A stretch of 64,000 bases of DNA from an uncultured Pontibacter sp. (lineage in GTDB: Bacteria; Bacteroidota; Bacteroidia; Cytophagales; Hymenobacteraceae), in NCBI RefSeq assembly GCF_947495565.1, contig NZ_CANLZM010000012.1:116689-180688 (forward strand). The letters are read 5' to 3'. Below are positions 52,049 to 60,556 of the stretch, one piece after another (the first letter of the stretch is position 1; each line of letters begins with the position of its first letter). A model generated the notes under the pieces. That model worked only from the letters and a program-made list of their open reading frames with translations. It was not told where the DNA came from and searched no databases. Both the position numbers and the translations under genes were made by a program.

Positions 52049-53257
52049 ATGAACACAGTAATCCATAATACTGCCACTGCAAGTCTGATCAATTCTTTAG
52101 AGTGCTCCTCCTGCGGCAAATCTTACTCAGCCTTTGAGTTTCATAAACTTTCCGCGTGCTGCCATATGCCACTGCTGGCAAACTATGATCTTAAAGAGCC
52201 GCTCGATAAAGCAACACTTTATAGCCGCCCTGGCACAATGTGGCGTTACCGAGAGCTGCTGCCTGTGCTCGGGGAAGAAAACATTGTGAGCCTTGGCGAA
52301 GGTTTCACTCCTATTCTCTCTCTCCAGGCGCTAGCCGGCAAGTATGGCTTTAAGGAGCTGCTGTTGAAAGACGAAGGCCAAAATCCTACCGGCTCCTTTA
52401 AGGCGCGCGGCTTGAGCATGGCCGTTTCTAAAGCCAAGGAGTTTGGGCAGGAAGGCTGTATAATTCCAACTGCCGGTAACGCGGGTGTGGCGCTGGCGGC
52501 CTACTGCGCCCGGGCAGGGATGAAGGCTGTAGTAGTAATGCCGCGGCACACGCCAAAGGCCTTCAGGGAAGAATGTTTGTGGTATGGGGCAGAGGTGCAC
52601 CTCGTAGATGGTCTGATAAACGACTGTGCCGCCAAAGCAGGAGAGCTAAACGCCGATGGCTTTTTGCTGGATGTGTCTACCCTGAAAGAGCCTTACAGGT
52701 TGGAAGGCAAGAAAACAATGGGGTACGAAATAACCGAACAGCTCGACTGGCAGCTGCCTGATGTTATACTTTATCCTGCCGGCGGCGGCACGGGCCTTAT
52801 CGGTATCTGGAAAGCTTTCCGTGAGTTGAAGGCCATTGGCTGGCTCCCGGCAGAAGCCAAGCTGCCGAGAATGGTTGCGGTGCAGGCTGAAAACTGCAAG
52901 CCTTTGGTTGAGACTTTTTTTGGGCGGCAGCAAAGCGCACGAGATTATGTGGGTAAACCTACCATCGCCAACGGTCTTGCCGTACCCAGGCCAATAGGAG
53001 AACAGCTCATGCTAAAGACGCTCTCTCAGTCGGAGGGAACAGCTATTAGTATAACGGAGGAGGAAATGGTGCTCGGTATGCAGGAGCTAGGCAAGTCAGA
53101 GGGTTTTTTTGTTGCCCCAGAGGGAGCCGCCCTGTGGATAGTCGCACGTAAGATGCTGGCCTCTGGCTACATTCTTCCGCAAGAGCAGGTGCTGTTGCTC
53201 AACACTGGCTCAGGGCAAAAGTATATGGATAATGTAGAAGGCAAATATAAAGTATAA
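52049..53257 (+). CDS. Threonine synthase-like PLP enzyme (fold II)
   Basis: KDEGQNPTGSFKARG, TAGNAG, EGKKTMG, GGGTG, PEGAA, NTGSG. Confidence 0.88.
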   Translation: MNTVIHNTATASLINSLECSSCGKSYSAFEFHKLSACCHMPLLANYDLKEPLDKATLYSRPGTMWRYRELLPVLGEENIVSLGEGFTPILSLQALAGKYGFKELLLKDEGQNPTGSFKARGLSMAVSKAKEFGQEGCIIPTAGNAGVALAAYCARAGMKAVVVMPRHTPKAFREECLWYGAEVHLVDGLINDCAAKAGELNADGFLLDVSTLKEPYRLEGKKTMGYEITEQLDWQLPDVILYPAGGGTGLIGIWKAFRELKAIGWLPAEAKLPRMVAVQAENCKPLVETFFGRQQSARDYVGKPTIANGLAVPRPIGEQLMLKTLSQSEGTAISITEEEMVLGMQELGKSEGFFVAPEGAALWIVARKMLASGYILPQEQVLLLNTGSGQKYMDNVEGKYKV

Positions 53258-53313
53258 TATACACAGCTGTTACTATGCAGTAATGTAGAAGTAACCAAAT
53301 GCTTCTTTTCCTG

Positions 53314-53367
53314 AGTTCCTTTCGGAGGAACAGCTCCAGAGGCTGAATCTCCGAGAGGAACTTTTTT
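53314..53367 (+). terminator. Terminator after the threonine synthase-like gene
   Basis: AGTTCCT.TCGGAG / CTCCGA.AGGAACT stem plus T-run. Confidence 0.6.
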
Positions 53368-53549
53368 AATATGTAGGAAGGGAGGCGGTGTAAGATTCTA
53401 GTGCTTGCTACATTAGTGGCTTCTACAGTTTACTCGGGGCAGTTTGCGGGATACATTGGCTGGTTTTCAATTTCCTGAAGGCATCATGCATGCTAGGATA
53501 TACAGGTAGGTATAAAACAAAAAAGCCACTCATTGCTGAGTGGCTTTTG

Positions 53550-53623
53550 CTCCCCCTCCTGGGCTCGAACCAGGGACCCCCTGATTAACAGTCAGGTGCT
53601 CTAACCGACTGAGCTAAGGAGGA
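53550..53623 (-). tRNA. tRNA-Asn(GTT), CCA not encoded
   Basis: Reverse complement TCCTCCTTAGCTCAGTCGGTTAGAGCACCTGACTGTTAATCAGGGGGTCCCTGGTTCGAGCCCAGGAGGGGGAG; terminator hairpin at 53520-53548. Confidence 0.98.
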
Positions 53624-53757
53624 ATATCGACGTTATCAGTGGCGTTATTACCGCCGTTTGATGATGCAATATTACGGCAGTAAAGCTTAATACGCAAGTG
53701 TGGCCTCAAAAAAATCTTTAAAAAAGGTATAATTTGCTGTAAATCAACCTGAAAAAT

Positions 53758-54180
53758 TTAATTAGAAACATAGAGCGTAGAAGCTACAAGCGATGTTGTA
53801 TACTTTCTAAGCGCATTAATAGCCGGACCGCCTATTACCTGGCCTTGCATATTAAACTGAGATCCGCAGCAGGGGTCGGTAATGTACAGCCTCGATGGAT
53901 CAACCTCCAACACACAATCATTTGTTGGGTCGTAAGTGCAGGTGCGCTCAAAAGCGAAGTAGCTGCCGGCATTCTGCCGCACCACAACAATGCCTTTGTA
54001 GCCTTCGGGCAGGTAAGCATAGCCTCCATCCTGGCGCAGGTCAGGGTAAAGTTGGCTACTAACATTTAGCTGCGTGTTTACCGGCACATTTGGTATAATA
54101 GGGTTGTTACTGCTGTCTTTGCTGCAGGAACTGACAAGTATGGCCAGCAAAGGCAGCAGTAGCAACAGCTTACTTTTCAT
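53758..54180 (-). CDS. Lipoprotein with degenerate Rieske-like ferredoxin fold
   Basis: MKSKLLL...LVSSC lipobox; AFERTCTY...DPCCGSQF...G motif; start ATG 54180. Confidence 0.75.
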   Translation of the reverse strand: MKSKLLLLLPLLAILVSSCSKDSSNNPIIPNVPVNTQLNVSSQLYPDLRQDGGYAYLPEGYKGIVVVRQNAGSYFAFERTCTYDPTNDCVLEVDPSRLYITDPCCGSQFNMQGQVIGGPAINALRKYTTSLVASTLYVSN

Positions 54181-55030
54181 AAGTATAAAAGCCTTTTCCG
54201 GTTTTGCGGCCGTGGTACCCGGCATCCACTTTCTGCTGCTGTATACGGCTTGGTCTGAATTTAGCGTCATAATGAAAAGCCTCGAACATGGAGGTGGTTA
54301 CGGAATAATTGGTATCAACACCAATTAGGTCCATGAGTTCAAAAGGTCCCATTTTAAAGCCGCTGGCCTGCATGAGTTTGTCTATGGTTTCTACATCTGC
54401 AACGCCTTCTTCCAGCAGTTTCAGGCCCTCCACGTAAAAATGACGCGCTACCCGGTTCACGATAAAGCCCGGCGAGTCTTTGGCCATTACGGCAGTCTTG
54501 CCCAGCTTTTCGGCAAGCTGTTTTATAGTTTCAGCGGTTTCATGCGAGGTAGCAGCACCAGAGATCACCTCCACCAGCTTCATGATGTGGGCCGGGTTAA
54601 AAAAGTGCATGCCCACCACACGCTCCGGATGAGGTACGGCAGCGGCAACCTGGGTGATTGGTATAGAGGACGTGTTGGAAGCAAGTATAGTATCGGGCGT
54701 GTTAATACTGGCCAGTTCCTGAAAGATGCTTTGCTTCACCTCCAGCCGCTCTACCACCGCCTCAATAATCACATCGCAGCTTAGCTGAAGGGTATCGCCG
54801 GTATAGTTTAGGTTAACCAGGGTCGCTTTTTTATCGGCTTCGGTCAACTTGCCACGTTCTATGCCTTTGTCCAAGTTCTTTACCGTGGTCTGCTGCGCCT
54901 TTTCCAGTACCTGTGCGTTAATATCGAACAGGATGGTTTTATACCCTGCCTGCGCACAGATCTGGGCAATGCCCTGGCCCATGGTTCCGGCCCCAACTAT
55001 ACCTATGGTTTTGATATCCTCCAGCTTCAT
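54170..55030 (-). CDS. 3-hydroxyacyl-CoA (3-hydroxybutyryl-CoA) dehydrogenase
   Basis: GAGTMGQGIA, EAVVE, SNTSS, GMHFFNP, PGFIVNR, MGPFELMDLIG. Confidence 0.94.
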   Translation of the reverse strand: MKLEDIKTIGIVGAGTMGQGIAQICAQAGYKTILFDINAQVLEKAQQTTVKNLDKGIERGKLTEADKKATLVNLNYTGDTLQLSCDVIIEAVVERLEVKQSIFQELASINTPDTILASNTSSIPITQVAAAVPHPERVVGMHFFNPAHIMKLVEVISGAATSHETAETIKQLAEKLGKTAVMAKDSPGFIVNRVARHFYVEGLKLLEEGVADVETIDKLMQASGFKMGPFELMDLIGVDTNYSVTTSMFEAFHYDAKFRPSRIQQQKVDAGYHGRKTGKGFYTYEK

Positions 55031-55204
55031 AATTTTAATTGCTATATGGTTGGATTGTTAAATTGTTGTTCTGATTAATCAACGTCAGCTTTTATACTTT
55101 TAGCTTAAGCTTCCTTTATCAAAAGAGTCTCTCGAGATCAAATAAAAGCTTAAGTATACTACCTGCGAAGCTCAACAACCAGCAATTTAACAATCAACAA
55201 TTAA

Positions 55205-56230
55205 TTAAATAACCCCTTCAAACTGGCGCAGGAAGCGCACATCGTTCTCGGTGAAGAGGCGCAGGTCTTTTATCTGGTACTTCAGCATAGTTATACGCTC
55301 GATGCCCATACCAAAGGCGAAACCAGAGTATACTTCCGGGTCAATGCCGGAGCTTTGCAGCACAGCAGGGTCTACCATGCCGGAACCGCCAATCTCTACC
55401 CAGCCAGAGCCTTTGCAAATGTTGCAGCCCTCGCCTTTGCAGATAAAGCAGGTAATATCGATCTCGGCGCTTGGCTCTGTAAAAGGGAAAAACGACGGGC
55501 GGAAACGGATCTGCGTGTCTTGCCCGAACATCTCTTTGGCAAAGTAATACAGAGTCTCTTTCAGGTCTTTAAAGCTAACGCCTTTGTTTACGTAAAGCCC
55601 TTCTACCTGATGGAACACCATGTGTGCGCGCGCCGAGATTGCCTCATTGCGGTACACGCGGCCTGGCATAATGCTGCGCAGCGGCGGTTGGTTGTTCTCC
55701 ATCAGGCGCACTTGCACTGTGGAAGTATGGGTGCGCAGCAGTCGCTCCTTATCTTCGCTCAGGAAAAAAGTATCCTGCATTTCGCGGGCCGGGTGGTTCT
55801 CCGGGAAGTTCAGGGCAGAGAAGTTGTGCCAGTCATCTTCCATCTCCGGGCCTTCGGATACGTTAAAGCCGATGCGCTCAAAAATACGCACAATCTCCTG
55901 GCGCACCAGCGAGAGCGGATGGCGTGTGCCCAGCGTGTTCGGAATAGTTGGCAACGTAAAATCGAAGCCTGTATCGCCTGAGTTGTCCGTGGCGCTGGCA
56001 AGCTGCTCCTGTGCCTGGTCGAAACGCTCCTGGGCACGGTTTTTCAGCGTGTTCAGCTGCTGGCCTACCTCGCGGCGCTGCTCCGGCGCGACTTCTTTCA
56101 GGTTGTTGAAAAGGTCTGCAATGCGGCCCTTGCGGCCTATATACGCAATACGGAATTGCTCCAGCTCGGCAGCGTTGCTTAGCGCAGCCGACTCTATCTC
56201 TTGTGCTACTTGTTGTATGTTCTCCACCAT
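55205..56230 (-). CDS. pheS: Phenylalanine--tRNA ligase alpha subunit
   Basis: HPAREMQDTF, LRTHTS, FHQVEGL, RPSFFPFTEPS, FGMGIER. Confidence 0.99.
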   Translation of the reverse strand: MVENIQQVAQEIESAALSNAAELEQFRIAYIGRKGRIADLFNNLKEVAPEQRREVGQQLNTLKNRAQERFDQAQEQLASATDNSGDTGFDFTLPTIPNTLGTRHPLSLVRQEIVRIFERIGFNVSEGPEMEDDWHNFSALNFPENHPAREMQDTFFLSEDKERLLRTHTSTVQVRLMENNQPPLRSIMPGRVYRNEAISARAHMVFHQVEGLYVNKGVSFKDLKETLYYFAKEMFGQDTQIRFRPSFFPFTEPSAEIDITCFICKGEGCNICKGSGWVEIGGSGMVDPAVLQSSGIDPEVYSGFAFGMGIERITMLKYQIKDLRLFTENDVRFLRQFEGVI

Positions 56231-56528
56231 AATATGCAAAGATAAATAATTTGGCGTGTTCTGGCTCTATTTAGGTAATTCTGAGTTGGTACGCAAGTTA
56301 GGGGGAGGAAGTATACTTTGTAACTGTCTGAATCAGGATTTACAGGATGTTTGGATACACAGGATTCTCTGCAGGCCAAGGTCCAATAACTTCTTTCCTT
56401 CAAAGAGAGACTTTGGAAAGCTCCGTCAGCTGTATTATCCAACCACCCCTAACCCCTCCTTGTCTAAGGCGGGGGATTCTGTTGAAGCTCCGTCAGTGGT
56501 GGCTATCGAATCTGATCCTAGTCTTTCC

Positions 56529-56628
56529 GTGGGGGTAGGGGCCCTCGAAAAGGAGCGCCTATGGAGTTTTTCCGGTGACGAACGCAGTGAGGCAGCCCGA
56601 GGCACGAGGAGAGGGCCCCTACCCCCAC
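56529..56628. repeat. 100-bp element bounded by 18-bp perfect inverted repeats
   Basis: GTGGGGGTAGGGGCCCTC (56529-56546) / GAGGGCCCCTACCCCCAC (56611-56628). Confidence 0.7.
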
Positions 56629-56918
56629 CTAGAGGGAGCCAAAGCCAGAGGTGAAACAAGCGGTTTATGAAGCCGAGGATCAGCAGCAGCTAGTAAGTAT
56701 AGCTTATTCCAAGTTGCCGGAAGCAGCGGCTAAGCAAGACAAAATACAGTCAGTAAAACTATACGCTACCATCGGTAAATTGCAGAACCACTATATACTT
56801 CGTAGTTTACCGACGCAAGCCTGCAGCTTACCGACTTCTCTGCCGGCCCTGCCTATTGCCCCTAGACACGCAGGCTTATATACAGTACCTTTATATCATA
56901 AACTTAAGAAAAGGAACT

Positions 56919-57758
56919 ATGGAAAACAGGAATCAAACACCAAGCAGCAACTACGGTAACAACTGGCCGAATAACCGAGGAAGAGGCACCAGCGGGAAAG
57001 TATTGGCAGGCTTGCTGCTGATTGCAGTGGGTGTGGTTATACTTGCCTCAAAACTCAACATTTTCTTTCTGCCTTACTGGGTCTTCTCATGGCAGATGCT
57101 CCTGATTGTAATTGGCCTTTTCATCGGCTTTCGGCATAATTTCCGTAAGTCGGGTTGGTTAGTACTCGTACTCATCGGCTCCGTATTCCTGATCAACGAC
57201 CTGTTTACAGGTTTCAACATCCGGGTATATTTTTGGCCGATCCTGCTGATTGGAATTGGCTTATGGGTCATGCTGAAGCCGCGTAACCGCCAGGATCATC
57301 GCTTTAACCAACCAGAGCCGGACAGAAACGAGGCAGACAGAAAACAGCATGCGTATACCCACAGCGCCGAAAGTGCCGAGCAAGAGCCAGACAACAGAAG
57401 CAACAGCTACTACTCCACCGAAGATATTGTAGACGCTACTGCCATACTTGGAGGCATCAAAAAGAATATCATCTCTAAAAACTTTTTGGGAGGCGAAGTG
57501 GTGAGTGTGTTCGGCGGCACCGAGCTAAACCTGAGCCAGGCTGATATACAGCATCCTGTTGTTTTGGAGGCAACACAAATCTTCGGCGGAACCACGCTCA
57601 TTATTCCGCCGCACTGGCAGGTAAAATCTGAAATGGTAGCCATTCTGGGTGGCATCGAGGATAAACGCCCCATGCTGACTGATGGCTATGACCTGAATAA
57701 AGTGCTGATTATAAAAGGCACCACCCTTTTCGGAGGCCTCAACATCAAAAGCTACTAA
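56919..57758 (+). CDS. LiaF-like (DUF2154-type) cell-envelope stress membrane protein
   Basis: N-terminal TM bundle (SWQMLLIVIG); C-terminal GG...FGG.ELNL...FGG..LIIP.HW.V....LGGIED beta-helix; ATG 56919. Confidence 0.85.
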   Translation: MENRNQTPSSNYGNNWPNNRGRGTSGKVLAGLLLIAVGVVILASKLNIFFLPYWVFSWQMLLIVIGLFIGFRHNFRKSGWLVLVLIGSVFLINDLFTGFNIRVYFWPILLIGIGLWVMLKPRNRQDHRFNQPEPDRNEADRKQHAYTHSAESAEQEPDNRSNSYYSTEDIVDATAILGGIKKNIISKNFLGGEVVSVFGGTELNLSQADIQHPVVLEATQIFGGTTLIIPPHWQVKSEMVAILGGIEDKRPMLTDGYDLNKVLIIKGTTLFGGLNIKSY

Positions 57759-57854
57759 AGTAAAGCTGTTCGATGCCTCACTCCATAATCAGTAAGGACT
57801 GACGGTGTAGCATCTCTACAACTCTTTAATTCCTAAACTCTCTAACTCCAAACC

Positions 57855-58883
57855 ATGTCTCCGAGCCGGGTTATACTTGCTTATCTTGTCTGGGCGCTGC
57901 TGTGGGCGGCAGTGCAGGCAGTGCTGCTGTGGTCGGTGGGGTTTAGCCTGAGGGTGGCCGCCACTGATGCGCTGCTCACCAACCTGCTGCTAACTGCCGG
58001 AGCTTACGCCATGGGCACAGGCCTGCGTTTCTATCAGCCAAGTATAAAAGAAGCAGCCTACCTGCTGGGTTGGAGCATGGGCCTGGCTGCGCTCAGCACA
58101 GTGGTTTTTTACTGGGTCACGACACGCGCCTCCCAGGGGGATGAAGTATACCTGGATTTTGTGGATGCCACGCTGGCGGTGCGTTTTGTATTTACATGGC
58201 TGATGGTGCTGCTGCTTTTGCTCCTGAGCTGGTTCTGGTTTTATACTTTGGAGCGGCAGCAGGACGAGCAGCGAAAGGCCGCCGCCGAGAAACTGGCCCG
58301 GGAGGCAGAGCTTCATACTTTGCGCCAGCAACTGCAGCCGCACTTCCTGTTTAACAGCCTCAACTCCATTTCGGCGCTGGTGGTGGCAAGGCCGGAGCAG
58401 GCTCGGAATATGATACAGCAGCTCTCAGACTTTCTGCGCGGCACCTTGCGCAAAGACAACCAGCAGCAGGTAAGCCTCGCCGACGAATTGCAGCACCTGG
58501 AGCTATACTTGGAAATTGAGAAAGTACGCTTCGGGCACCGCCTGCAAACTGCCATTAAAGTACAAGACGAAACTATGAACATGCGACTGCCTGCCCTGCT
58601 GCTGCAGCCCGTGGTAGAAAATGCCATTAAGTTTGGCCTCTACGACACCGTGGGCGACACCGTAATAAGTATAACAGCCACCGCCCAGGACCATCATCTG
58701 CTGCTGCAGGTGCAAAACCCTTACGATGCCGCCACTGCCCGCCCGCAGCGCGGCACCGGTTTCGGACTTAGCTCTGTGCAACGCCGCCTCTACCTGCTTT
58801 ACGCCCGGCAGGACCTGCTGCAGACCCGCCAGCAGGAAGATCAGTTTATCACCAGCATCAAAATTCCTCAGAAAAATGATTAA
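57855..58883 (+). CDS. LytS/YehU-type sensor histidine kinase
   Basis: QLQPHFLFNSLNSI, ENAIKFG, GTGFGL motifs; N-terminal TM helices. Confidence 0.94.
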   Translation: MSPSRVILAYLVWALLWAAVQAVLLWSVGFSLRVAATDALLTNLLLTAGAYAMGTGLRFYQPSIKEAAYLLGWSMGLAALSTVVFYWVTTRASQGDEVYLDFVDATLAVRFVFTWLMVLLLLLLSWFWFYTLERQQDEQRKAAAEKLAREAELHTLRQQLQPHFLFNSLNSISALVVARPEQARNMIQQLSDFLRGTLRKDNQQQVSLADELQHLELYLEIEKVRFGHRLQTAIKVQDETMNMRLPALLLQPVVENAIKFGLYDTVGDTVISITATAQDHHLLLQVQNPYDAATARPQRGTGFGLSSVQRRLYLLYARQDLLQTRQQEDQFITSIKIPQKND

Positions 58884-59619
58884 ATGTTTAGTTATAGACG
58901 ATGAGCCGCTGGCCCGCACCATTGTGGTAGAGTACCTGCAAAAGCACCCGGAAATACAGGTAGTACAAGAGTGCGGTAATGGGTTTGAAGGCATAAAAGC
59001 TATACAGCAGCACCAGCCCGACCTGGTATTCCTGGATATACAGATGCCCAAGATAAATGGCTTTGAGATGCTGGAGCTGGTGGAGCAGGCACCGGGCGTT
59101 ATCTTCACCACCGCCTTTGACGAGTATGCCCTCAAAGCTTTTGAAGCCAACGCCGTAGATTACCTGCTCAAGCCCTTCAGCCAGGAGCGCTTTGATGCCG
59201 CCGTAAAAAAGTGGCTGGAGAAGCGAAGTATAATCGCACCGGAAACCAACGCAGAAAGCCTGAGCGAAGTACCCGCCAAACAGCCCGAAGAGCAGCTGCG
59301 CATCGTAGTAAAGGCCGCCAACGACATCCGGATTATACCTGTTAAAGATGTTTTATACTTAGAAGCTTACGACGATTACGTAAAGGTGCACACAGCTGAA
59401 GGCCTTTTCCTAAAAAAGAAGACCATGAGCTACTATGAGCGGGTACTAGACCCGAAGCAGTTCGTGCGTGTGCACCGCTCCTACATTATCCCGCTTAGCC
59501 AACTTACCCGAATAGAACCATTGGAGAAAGACAGCCATGTGGCCCTGCTTAAAAGCGGGGTGCGTGTGCCCCTGAGCCGAAGCGGCTACAGCAAACTACG
59601 CACAGTGCTGGGTATTTAA
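58876..59619 (+). CDS. LytTR family response regulator
   Basis: IDDEPLAR, FLDIQMP, FTTAFDEYA, FVRVHRSY; ATG 58876 overlaps the kinase stop. Confidence 0.96.
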   Translation: MIKCLVIDDEPLARTIVVEYLQKHPEIQVVQECGNGFEGIKAIQQHQPDLVFLDIQMPKINGFEMLELVEQAPGVIFTTAFDEYALKAFEANAVDYLLKPFSQERFDAAVKKWLEKRSIIAPETNAESLSEVPAKQPEEQLRIVVKAANDIRIIPVKDVLYLEAYDDYVKVHTAEGLFLKKKTMSYYERVLDPKQFVRVHRSYIIPLSQLTRIEPLEKDSHVALLKSGVRVPLSRSGYSKLRTVLGI

Positions 59620-59837
59620 TAACATAAGCTTAACATTATAAATCTGCTGCGTTGCCTGCCAGCGTTGTCCTGAAGTATAGCCGCCCCTTGCTATACCAGT
59701 TGCAGACGTTAGTCGGCATAACACTGCTGTTGGTCAAAAATATAGTTTTCCTTACAACCAATTATCTTAATATAAGTGGTTGTAAATTAGCTACAAACAA
59801 ACAGTATTGGCTTTGGTTTGTTGACCAATAATAAGGG

Positions 59838-59875
59838 TGGAAACTTTCAAAATGAAAAATGTTTCCATAGTTTTG
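59838..59875 (+). promoter_or_regulatory. Candidate TetR operator adjacent to a -7 element
   Basis: Imperfect palindrome TGGAAAC-TTTCA...TGAAA-..GTTTCCA (59838-59867) followed directly by TAGTTTTG. Confidence 0.5.
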
Positions 59876-59890
59876 CTCCTGATTTAGAAT

Positions 59891-60523
59891 ATGGAGACAG
59901 CAGAAAGAACCGAGATTCAGAGGAAGATATTACAGGGTGCCTTTAGCATGTTTTGTCAGCGAGGCATCAAGAGCGTGTCTATGGATGATATTGCCCAGCA
60001 CCTGGCCATGTCGAAAAAAACGCTTTACAAGTGGTTTAAGAACAAAGACCAGGTAGTATACGACTCCACATCAGATTACCTGTACTGCATTCAGCACGAT
60101 TGCGAAGGGTTTATTGAGCAGGCAACTAATGCCATTGATGAACTCTTCCAGATCATGAAGCTGACAAAGCAGGTGTTTTCTAAAATCCACCCTTCTATTT
60201 TCCATGATCTGCAGAAATACCACCGCGACAGCTGGGAGCTGTGGATGCGGCACAAGAACAGCTTTATGCTGGAAAAAGTGAAAGGGAATATTGTGCGGGG
60301 CATGCAGGAAGGTCTGTTTCGGCAGGATTTGGATGTAGAGGTAATGGCACGTATGCGTCTGGCTATACTGGAGCTGCCATTTAACGCGGAGGTTTTTCCG
60401 CCGCACGACTTTGATATCAAGCAGGTGCAGCTGGCGGTGTTGGAGCATTACATGCTCGGCATGGCCACTTTAAAAGGGCACAAGCTGATAAACGAGTACA
60501 AGCAAATAACTGAAGAGGAATAA
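59891..60523 (+). CDS. TetR/AcrR family regulator of the efflux operon
   Basis: GIKSVSMDDIAQHLAMSKKTLYKWF HTH. Confidence 0.94.
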   Translation: METAERTEIQRKILQGAFSMFCQRGIKSVSMDDIAQHLAMSKKTLYKWFKNKDQVVYDSTSDYLYCIQHDCEGFIEQATNAIDELFQIMKLTKQVFSKIHPSIFHDLQKYHRDSWELWMRHKNSFMLEKVKGNIVRGMQEGLFRQDLDVEVMARMRLAILELPFNAEVFPPHDFDIKQVQLAVLEHYMLGMATLKGHKLINEYKQITEEE

Positions 60524-60556
60524 TCACTACCCAACTACTACCAAGCAAAATAAATT

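Noticed and set aside
53258-53623. tRNA-Asn 3' end as a genomic-island attachment site
   Set aside because: I saw no duplicate of the tRNA 3' end, no integrase and no mobile genes in the window.
56256-56959. Track ORFs 56256-56654, 56435-56659 and 56651-56959
   Set aside because: They run through GC-rich inverted repeats and promoter DNA and show no protein-like pattern; treated as non-coding.
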